Below are positions 51,925 through 64,000 of a stretch of DNA of 64,000 bases, in pieces. The notes under the pieces are model-generated. The model was not told where the DNA came from. It saw only the letters and a program-made list of their open reading frames with translations, and ran no database searches. A program made the position numbers and the translations under genes. Source of the DNA: Lobosporangium transversale (Eukaryota); contig NW_019028979.1 in NCBI RefSeq assembly GCF_002105155.1, forward strand, positions 1,240,001-1,304,000, in the 5' to 3' direction. The first letter of the stretch is position 1; every line of letters starts with the position of its first letter.

Positions 51925-54757
51925 TTATGATCCAAAGCTTAAGATCTTGTTCACAATGCCAGCTGCGATTGTGTCACCTCCTTTTCTCAACATGACTCTT
52001 CCAAGCTCTTTTGAGTCTTTATAGGCCTCCAGGGGAATGGCTCGTCCAGACAATTTAATCTCCACCATTGCAGTCGTGTTTTTACCCAAATGTCTTGGCG
52101 ATTTCTTAACAATCTCGCCAGTAACCTTATCGATTGTGGCCACTAGTTTTGAAACTACTCCTGGTTCGTTATGGGATTGACGATGGACAATCACTGGGAA
52201 TCCCACTGTAATGGGAATCTTCACATCAAAGACTACAATCTGGGCTGCAAAATGGGTTGTTACTGGAATAGGAGCCTCTCGAGTACAGAGGACAGAACCG
52301 TTACTGACTTTCAAAATGTCAATCCCAGATAGTATCAATAACACAGAATCACCTGCCGCAGCCCATCTTGTCGCCTCGTGATTAACTTCCATGCCTATTG
52401 TAACGTTGATAGTCCCAGAGTCAAAGAGTGCTGTTAGCAATCACTCAATCTCGAGAAAAACAAACTTTCATTTCGATAAACAATAACAATAAAGGATAGG
52501 TGACCTCTTACTCTTTACAACAGCCATTTCAGATCCAGGCATGACCATAACGGCTTCGCCGACTTGAATATGTCCTGCCTCCAACCGTCCTGCGACCGAA
52601 ACACCTCCTGCACTCTTGAACACATCTGTGACCGACATTCTGAATGGTTTCTCTATAGGGCGCATCGGCGTGTCCAACTTGTCGATTGACTCAATCAGGG
52701 TCGGGCCTTTATACCAGCTGAAAGTTGACAAGACAGCTGCTACTGATTCAGGGACAGATGTATCCGATACTGCAGATCCATTGCAAATATTTCCTGGTGT
52801 GGATCGCCTCACCAAATTCTCACCAGTAAAGCCCGAACAAGGGACAAAGACCAAATTTGATTTCTTAAAACTAGCATCCTTGACTAAGAATTGCTCTAGT
52901 TTTTGAACAATCTCCAAAAACCGTGCTTCTGACCAGTTGACTACATCCAGTTTGTTGACAGCTATTACGAGTTGTTGAACTCCCAGACTACGAGCCAATA
53001 ACGCATGTTCTTTAGTCTGTCCATTAGCATCAAATCCAGATTCAAACTCGCCTGTAGTCGCATCCACAACTAGAATCGCCACATCCGCCTGAGCTGTGCC
53101 TGAAATCATGTTAGGGATAAAATCTCGATGACCTGGAGCATCCAGCAACGTAAATCGACGATGTTCAGTCTCAAATTTAGTCACACCAACATCCATCGTA
53201 ATACCACGTGCTCGTTCCTCGCCAGTTTCATCCAGAACCCATGCAAACGCAAACGAAGCTTTGCCAATCTTTTGTGCATCCCTTTCATGTTTGCGAATCG
53301 TCTTCTCAGTTACTTCACCTTGGAGATAAAGCAAATGACCCATCAATGTACTCTTTCCTGCGTCAACATGTCCTATTTTGTTTATATAAAAATAATAATA
53401 AAAAAATTAGCAAAGACTGTACTTTATGCACCCTATTCACGTAGTCCTTTTTTTTTTTTATTTATTTTTTTTACCAATGACGACCAAGTTCAACGATTCT
53501 TTCTCGGCAATGCGCTTCTGATATTCAGAAATGACATCAATCCTCTTGCCCGATTTCATAGATGCTCTCGTAGGTGTTGAGACACCTGATGGAGGTGTAG
53601 ATTCAACAGGTGAGGAGGTCCCCGACTGATTTGTAGTTGAAGTTACAGTCTTGGACGTTGATGTGTCTTTGGTTGTCTTGTGTGATTTATTGGATCCAAA
53701 GTTCATGGCGGACAGATCAAAGAGAAACTGCTTTGATGGTATATTGTCATTATCATCTAGGTATTCAATAGTGTCGTCGTCGTCACCATATTGCGCAGAT
53801 GAAGGCCCTGTTTTTACTTTTGCTCCTGTCCCTGCTCCTGTCCTTGCTCCTGCCTTTGCTGCTGCTGCTGTTGCTGTTGCTGGTTTTGAAGCTGCATATT
53901 ATGGGGAATAAATAAAATAAAATAAAGTCAGCTTCATAAAAAAAAACTTTTACAAGTTCTTTTAATTGAATAGTTTTGTTTTTTTTAATACCTTGAGTTG
54001 CAGTTGTAGTAGCAGTAGTAGGGTTTGATGGCCCCACAGGTGTTGCTGTGCCGCTTTGATTAGGTTTGTTTGATGACGCAGTTTTCTTTGCTGCGGCAGC
54101 TGATGAAGATTTTTTTTTCTTTGCCATTTCGTCTATATATATATATATATTTTGAAGAGAAAAAGATATTTAGATGAGCGAAAGGAGCTGTAATTATCGA
54201 TTGTTTGTTGAGAACGTAGATTTTATCTTCTTCCCTTAGTATCAATCTCTTTCAGCAACCGACTCCATAGGGAAAAATAATAAAATTAAAAAGAAGATAT
54301 TCTTCATTACCAATGAGATACACGGCTGTTTGGTCGACATCAAAGTAATAATACCACAATGCATCCTGAATCTCCTTGATTGAGATCTTGGCATCACCAA
54401 GCATTGCCTTGACTTCTTCTGTAGCATCAGCCATTTGGACTTTGTATTTTATAGTATATTTTCCATAAAACAAAATAAAAATGTTATCAGAAGTTAGCAA
54501 TGGAGGAACCTTAAAAAAATCTTTCTTCAAACGACTTTTTTTTTCTGTTTTACCTTGGTCTTCTTCTGTCATAGGTTGGTCTTCGATATAATCGTCTTCA
54601 TCATATCCATCGTCCAAGGCATCTATAGAAATAAATAAAATAAAATAAAATAAAATTAAATATCATATACAGAATTGTTGAGATTCAATATTTATTTGAA
54701 TGGATAAATTGAATTACCTTCGAGGACCATGTTACGTACATTCCTGTGGCGCGACAT
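51925..54757 (-). CDS. HBS1: HBS1-like translational GTPase (ribosome rescue), multi-exon
   Basis: Start [10 protein letters not shown]-domain [15 protein letters not shown]-domain [65 protein letters not shown]-terminal [18 protein letters not shown]. Confidence 0.95.
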
Positions 54758-54994
54758 TGTTTTGATATTATTAGCAATTGAAATTGAGGTTTAAAAGGAA
54801 TGAAGAAGAGAGTTAAATGAGGAATGCGGATTGCTTACATTGATAAAAAAAAAAAAAACTTTTAAAACACGTACACATACTGGTACGTGATTGGCAAACA
54901 TTCGCGTATCATCATCAAGTCATTCTTACTTAAGACAATTTTTATAATTTTATCTCTTTTTTTTGCTCCGCTTTTCATTTTTAACAACAACAGC

Positions 54995-55423
54995 ATGTCC
55001 TTTAATCTCGGAAACAATGATAGGAGCCCCGCTTTCGGAGGTTCTATCTCGTCCAACAAATCCAACAACAATCGCGGTGGAGACATGGTTCTGACACCAG
55101 ATCATCCAGCTTGGTCCAGGGTTGGTGAGCAACAACGACAGCAACAGCAACAGCAGCCAATACAGGATCCTAGTGCGCCTTACACAGGCGGACGGGCGAC
55201 TGCAGGTGCCAATAACTTGGGTCCCTTCAGAGCAGGGCCCGATTCCGATTCTTACTTGCCCCCAGATGCTGCTCCACAAGGTGCAAGATTCGACCCTATC
55301 ATGCCGGATAATGTTCAAGGACTACCTCATCGCGGCCATAGCAGTCAACAAAGAGAGAGTTCTTCTGGACTTGGTCAAGCAAGTGGAGAGCCTGATTTTG
55401 ATGACCTATTGCCTCCTCAATAG
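54995..55423 (+). CDS. PI31/Fub1-like proteasome-inhibitor C-terminal region only (142 aa, no FP domain)
   Basis: GGDMVLTPDHPAW, LPPDAAPQGARFDPIMP and SGEPDFDDLLPP match the PI31 proline-rich tail motifs. ATG at 54995 is divergent from HBS1. Confidence 0.72.
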   Translation: MSFNLGNNDRSPAFGGSISSNKSNNNRGGDMVLTPDHPAWSRVGEQQRQQQQQQPIQDPSAPYTGGRATAGANNLGPFRAGPDSDSYLPPDAAPQGARFDPIMPDNVQGLPHRGHSSQQRESSSGLGQASGEPDFDDLLPPQ

Positions 55424-56596
55424 GCAAAACAAAGGAATAAAAGAAAAGAATAAAAAGTCCTGAATGTTTTTATGCGTATGCGTGAGAGTGAAAATAGTGC
55501 AGACAACTTGAAAGATGATTATCTGATTATTGCAAAAGCTTATTTTATTTTTTAGCACCCTGCATGTTTTCAGTATTAATACGGAGATATCTATCATAAA
55601 TGGCTGTTTGCTCTTACAACATGGTCTGTATTTTTTTTTTCCTTTCATTTACCGAATACAAACGCCATTTCCATTCAAATACCCATGCTCCTTTTCCCAT
55701 TTATTGCTTGTTTCTGTCTCTTATTTGTAAACCACTTCGTCTATCTATCCTTCAACCTCACTCTCAGTGCTTTTGCCATGTCTTCATATGAATGCTATGT
55801 TCCTACTCTCACTTATATTACTTTAAAACTTTTTGCTTCACAACTTCCGTATCCTTACTGCATCTATTGCTTACATCAAATTCATGAACAAAACGTTAGG
55901 ACCGTGTGAAATGAACGCCATAAACTGGACGAATCAAAGAGCTTGAACGCCATAAAATTTTCACAGACTGAAGGATGTCATGACAGATACGCATGCATAA
56001 TGCACCCACCTACAAACGTAACTCGATCTGAATGCTTAGTCTAAGACAACCATTCAATCCTTGCTCTCGGACATTTCTGCTTTTAGCATCCGTCTACTAT
56101 GTCCTATTGTTCTTTGTCCCGGCTTGAGGACATTCATCCGGTGGAGAGTCAGGTCGTGCTGTCCCTTCATTTGGTGCCTCGATTGTGGAGTGCAATGCTG
56201 AAGTGACAAAGTTATCGTCATCTTTATGAGCATTGCCGCTAGACTCTTTCTTAACATTTCAGAACTGACTGGATCTCCACAAGTTGTTCGAGGTTGGCAA
56301 CGTCATTTTCGGGCCTCTTTTTGATATTATACAGGGAGGTATTAGCGCGATGTTGCAGGACAATGACTACAGCGCAGTCCTCCATTCTTATTATTCAAGG
56401 GAAAATTGTTTTTTGCTAATTTTTTTTATTGTTTTTTATTTGATAAAATAGTCTGCGAAGATATTGTGAGTAGTTCAAATATAGCCCACTTTTCTTTTTT
56501 CAAGTTGTCAGCACAATGTTCTCCTCAATTCTCCACCTGCCCCTACTCTATCCTTCGACAATTTTTTGCAAAAAAAAATGGATGTGAATGAGTGAT

Positions 56597-59822
<3,226 letters not shown>

Positions 59823-60032
59823 TTATGATTTCCTTTGTGGAGAGAGCACACTGAATCAATGGCAATCGATAACGAGGGAAATCAGTCTTTTTTTTTTATG
59901 TACGGAAGAGGGTGAGGCGAAGGAGGAGGGAGAAGAGGAAGAACAGGACGGGTCAAAGAAGAAAAGACAAGAAGGAAAAAAGTATAAATTACTGTTCAGA
60001 CAAAATTGTAGCATATGCAGTGATTTTTCTAT

Positions 60033-60050
60033 CACGTGCATACACGTGCA
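60033..60050. promoter_or_regulatory. Tandem E-box pair (CACGTGCA x2, 10-bp period) about 335 bp upstream of the PAB1 start
   Basis: atCACGTGcataCACGTGca seen directly; function is inferred. Confidence 0.4.
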
Positions 60051-60056
60051 TTATTC

Positions 60057-61331
60057 TTATGTTGGTCGCTCAAGAGGCTCAAGAATGATCAAGGATACAT
60101 CGCTCCTTTGTGCGATAAAAGCTTGCAATACATTATCCTGACCCACACCCTCATCCACACATAGTCTTCGGAGTCTTCGCAACGAGCTCAGGTGCCGCAA
60201 CAGGCTGGTCAAATCATCCACACCAGGTCGTATTCCTACGTGTGGAATCTCCAATATCTCCAATGAATCCCGACTTGCCCATTCCTCTTCCGAAGAAAAA
60301 CCTTCAATCTTAAGCTTGGGACATCCACCGGCTTTTAGCTCCTGTAGGCGAGATAGCCTGGCCAGCAGCTCTTTGGATGCTGTATGAGTTATTCTTGAAC
60401 ATCCTGTCAGATCCAGGGCCCGTAATTGTGGACAGTTTTGAGCTAATGCGAGTGCTCCTACATCATTGATCAACGTGTACGAAACATCCAACTTTGTCAA
60501 CAAGGGGCATTTCTTGAATATAGAGCCGAATGTGGAGGCGGTCACACTTTTAGAGTTCCTTAGTTCCAGCATTTTCAAATTAGGACAGGTTTCTGCAATG
60601 GCATGGACGGTGGCATTCTTATTGGCGTTATGTAGCAGAACCAAAGTTGACAACTCGGGACACTGTCTCAAAATATTCTTGAGTGCTGGTTCAGAAATGA
60701 ACGTTGAAACTAAATGAAGATGCTTTATGGGTAAAGGTTCTTCATGTCGCTTGATCCCTAGGAGATGGACATGTGATAGATCTGGGCCGTCAACCTTTAG
60801 TGACTTGAGACAGCGACAGCCGGTCAAAAGGATAACCATATCGTTCTCACGCCAATCTCCACTGCCTCGATCTTGTGCATGGACAGCGATTTCAAGGCTC
60901 GATAGACTCGGCAGCTTTGGAAGTCGTGCGCCTACGCTAGTACTGTTGACACCCATACAATGATCAAACACCAAATGTCGGACTCGAGCAATGCCATTGC
61001 AGAGGACATCGAGGCTGGAGGGTGTGACTTGACAGTAGCGAAGCGTAAGTGTAGACAAGTTAGTGCATTGTTGGGCAACAAACCTCATCTCGCCTCCAAT
61101 CAAACGGTGTTTGGCTTCCATATTTCGAATCAAAAAGGCATGCTGATCAAAGACTTGATGGAACAGACTGTATTGCTCTGCAGAGAACGAACAGGACTCC
61201 CAGAGCAGTGGCGTACAAATTTTTGACCATTCAGTAGAAACCATGGAGCATAAGAGAAGTGAGTTCTTATCGAGAAAATGGAGAACATTTGCCAGAAGCT
61301 CTGGGACTTGTAGAGGACTTGTAGATTCCAT
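60057..61331 (-). CDS. F-box/LRR-repeat protein (FBXL-like), intronless
   Basis: F-box SPLQVPELLANVLHFL...VSTEW; Cys-containing LRRs CPELSTLVL, CPNLKMLEL, CPLLTKLDVS, CPQLRALDLTGCSRIT. Confidence 0.9.
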   Translation of the reverse strand: MESTSPLQVPELLANVLHFLDKNSLLLCSMVSTEWSKICTPLLWESCSFSAEQYSLFHQVFDQHAFLIRNMEAKHRLIGGEMRFVAQQCTNLSTLTLRYCQVTPSSLDVLCNGIARVRHLVFDHCMGVNSTSVGARLPKLPSLSSLEIAVHAQDRGSGDWRENDMVILLTGCRCLKSLKVDGPDLSHVHLLGIKRHEEPLPIKHLHLVSTFISEPALKNILRQCPELSTLVLLHNANKNATVHAIAETCPNLKMLELRNSKSVTASTFGSIFKKCPLLTKLDVSYTLINDVGALALAQNCPQLRALDLTGCSRITHTASKELLARLSRLQELKAGGCPKLKIEGFSSEEEWASRDSLEILEIPHVGIRPGVDDLTSLLRHLSSLRRLRRLCVDEGVGQDNVLQAFIAQRSDVSLIILEPLERPT

Positions 61332-62411
61332 TGGTGATTTGTTAAGAGGAGCGACGATGAATGAGAGAGAAAGAGAAAGAGAGAAGCGAGCTACTTTGTG
61401 TCTTTTAAGCTTTTAAGTGGGAGTTTTTTTTTGTATTTTTGGGTTGTTTGATTGGGCATATTGTATTGCATCGATCGTGACGCTTTATGTCTATGTTATC
61501 GTCGCGTGTAACAGACGAAGAGACTTTTGTCTGTGCGCAAAAGCAAGGTGCAGACGGGTCAGATAAACAACTGGGTAATTCTAGTCTAGAATGACCACAG
61601 ACCTGTAGATGTAACGCGTCTAATCTTTGGAGCTCTTTAATGTAAGCAAGATGGAAGGATAAAGGATAACCTTGATTTCTCACTCTATAATTCTGTATAG
61701 GCGTCGAAACGTCTTGTGGTTTAGCCAGGGTCTGTTGTGCCGAAGGACAGTCAAATGAGGTTTATTTTTAAAATCTGGTTTTTAGGGTCTCCCAATCCGA
61801 ATGTGAACGAATGAGCTTCCTTCGTCCTTGTCAAAGGACCAGAAAAAGGAAAAAAAGGAGAGAAAAGAGATATGAAATGGGGGAAAGACCTCAAATTGTT
61901 CAAAGATGTTTTTTCTGTTAACTTTTAGTATCACCATGGTTAGAAAAAATGAAGTAGCTGGATTGATAGGGATGTGAAGACGTCCAATGGATATTCACTA
62001 AAAAGGATAATTAAAATGAATTCATGACATGATGCACAGCTGTCAATCAATCATAAAAAGCTTGGTTCTTTTCGCTCCTTACTCACAACATCCTTTCATT
62101 CTATATTTCCATTTTTCTTAATTTCTATATTTCTATATTTCTATATTTCACTTCCTTGTTCCAATCCTTGCGCAATACTGTATCACCTTATCACGTACCC
62201 CATCGTCAACAACATTCAGCCATTTCAGCCATTTCAATCTTTCCAATCATTCAGAAACAGCCTAAAACTGACCCCATTTCTCTCATTCTGACGCATCTCT
62301 TAAAGACAACAATACCCTGCATCGCAACACAAGATCTTATTCTTTCCTTTAACCAACCTCAAACTAGTGACTATCAAAGCCTTGCATTGTTTGTTTCTTG
62401 GATATAAAATC

Positions 62412-64000
62412 ATGTTGAACCCAACTATCCTGGCATCGCAACATGCACAAGACCAAGAAGAAGTGCATTCGCATCTAATGCATCCCATTTCTCATCATCA
62501 TCACTTGGGTACAGCTGCCAGATACACTACCGAACTAGAACAACATCATCAAAATCACTTGCAGATACAGCAGATACAACAGCTGCAACTGCAGCAGCAA
62601 CAGCAACTGCGTATGCTACAACAACTACATCAACCACATCCACAACTGTTATTACAGCATCACCATAGCCTTGTCGGGCTTCATGGACAGCAGATGAACC
62701 AAAATAGCCAATTTACTCAAGAGTTACTCCCTGAAACTTATCTGCAGCAACAGCAGCTACAAAACGATCAATCCGAAGATGGGCGAGGTCGTCCATCAGA
62801 GACTGTTGCTGTCGAGTCGGGATTCCAGCGGAAGCGAAGTCTATCAGTTCCATTGCTCTCCATGGGTCAACAGCAACAGTCACAGCAGCAACAACAACTT
62901 TCAGAACAAGAGCAGGGTCCAACAGTTGCTGCAGTGGCAAATCAACTCTCAGGACAGACAGGCAAAGACGATGATGGTGATCAGAACATGGAAGCAGATG
63001 AGGATCAAGATAACGATAATAATAGTAATAATAATAGCAATAACAATAACAGGGACAATGGTGATCACAATAGAGAATACCGCCATCATGATAGCTCCAA
63101 CACTTCCATCGAGAACGTCAATGCAAGTACAGTTGTATCAACGACAATTGTGGCACCAGAAGCTTCTTCCGTAGTGGTGTTTAACAAACTTGCAATATCA
63201 CGAGAGACTTTTCTTGCATCGTTACCGCGAACGGTTCGCCACCGCATGTACGCATCAGGCCCACAGAATTATCCGCTGTATCATCATAATAATAGGCAAA
63301 GCAACAGCAGCTATACTCTGCGCCACCATCTGCATTATAACCCTTTTACATACCGAAAGTTCCCTCCTTACCAATACTGGGGAGCTTCTGCGCAGCGTGA
63401 CTACCATTTGGCCACCATTGGTGTCAGTGTCTTCAACCGTACGAATGCACAATTGTTGTCTCATGGGACAGGGTCCACAACAGCATCAGTAGGGGCCTTG
63501 AATGATTCAGGATCAACTCGACCAGGATTAAGTCCGGGAGTAGGAGACATGGTGCTACGGTCTTCGGTTACGAATGGTGGTATAAACAAGACAATGTATC
63601 GATCAAGGCTACCCGTACATTTACGCCACATTACGTCTCGTATGAACAGACGTGCAGTGATATGCACTGATGCATACGAAAATGGCAGTGCGGGAGGAGA
63701 GAGGGAAGGGGAAAGAGGAGGAGGAGGAGGAGGAGGAGGAACGGAGGAAGAAAGTAATGTCAACAGAAACATAGCAGGAAATCAAAACAGCCAAAGAGAC
63801 CTAGGCATGGAAGATTCTGTAAATGGGATCCTATTGTCAAGTTTAAGTATCCATGAAGGCTCGCCCCAGAGCACATCGACACCTCTCTTCGCTGCATCGG
63901 TCACAGAGAACAGTGACGGGAGTGGTGATGGCTTCAATTCAAGCTCAAATCCTGTTTTATATTCATCGCAATCATTATCTTCACTGGAATCAGATCGGAG
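62412..64000 (+). CDS. Gln/His/Asn-rich low-complexity protein, 3' end outside the window
   Basis: ATG at 62412 (MLNPTILASQHAQDQEE...); the frame appears open to the window end; no recognisable folded domain in the visible part. Confidence 0.65.
   Translation, partial: MLNPTILASQHAQDQEEVHSHLMHPISHHHHLGTAARYTTELEQHHQNHLQIQQIQQLQLQQQQQLRMLQQLHQPHPQLLLQHHHSLVGLHGQQMNQNSQFTQELLPETYLQQQQLQNDQSEDGRGRPSETVAVESGFQRKRSLSVPLLSMGQQQQSQQQQQLSEQEQGPTVAAVANQLSGQTGKDDDGDQNMEADEDQDNDNNSNNNSNNNNRDNGDHNREYRHHDSSNTSIENVNASTVVSTTIVAPEASSVVVFNKLAISRETFLASLPRTVRHRMYASGPQNYPLYHHNNRQSNSSYTLRHHLHYNPFTYRKFPPYQYWGASAQRDYHLATIGVSVFNRTNAQLLSHGTGSTTASVGALNDSGSTRPGLSPGVGDMVLRSSVTNGGINKTMYRSRLPVHLRHITSRMNRRAVICTDAYENGSAGGEREGERGGGGGGGGTEEESNVNRNIAGNQNSQRDLGMEDSVNGILLSSLSIHEGSPQSTSTPLFAASVTENSDGSGDGFNSSSNPVLYSSQSLSSLESDR

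Noticed and set aside
55912..55956. Repeat-spacer-repeat pattern as a mini CRISPR array
   Set aside because: Only two 13-bp copies, eukaryotic context and no cas genes.

Overview
Eukaryotic, intron-rich fungal DNA. The gene families and style point to Mortierellaceae (inference). Long A/T homopolymer runs occur in most introns and intergenic regions. About 19 protein-coding genes can be supported. Housekeeping genes: HEM2 (ALA dehydratase), mitochondrial bL9, frataxin, delta-COP, a cytochrome b5/acyl-CoA dehydrogenase fusion ending in peroxisomal -AKL, HBS1 and PAB1. Others: a PDR-type ABC-G transporter, a DUF3533/SNG1-like membrane protein, an FAD monooxygenase with a GC-AG intron, two F-box/LRR genes, a GPI-anchored AA11-like LPMO, an orphan 7TM protein, a PI31 C-terminus-only protein and several lineage-specific proteins. 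An accessory-looking block (about 30.5-46 kb) also holds an F-box pseudogene and a degenerate remnant resembling a Fanzor/TnpB-like RuvC protein. The most interesting signals are: (i) a 1.05 kb PAB1 intron with an internal GTAAGT donor, A-tracts and a nested stem structure of about 240 nt, a candidate autoregulatory splicing switch; (ii) a structured long intron in HEM2; (iii) a shared N-terminal domain of about 80 aa in three genes, one of them stand-alone and one fused to a Roco C-terminal-like domain plus LRRs; (iv) the Fanzor-like relic. No tRNA, rRNA or CRISPR array was found. All homology calls come from motif recognition by eye; no searches were run.
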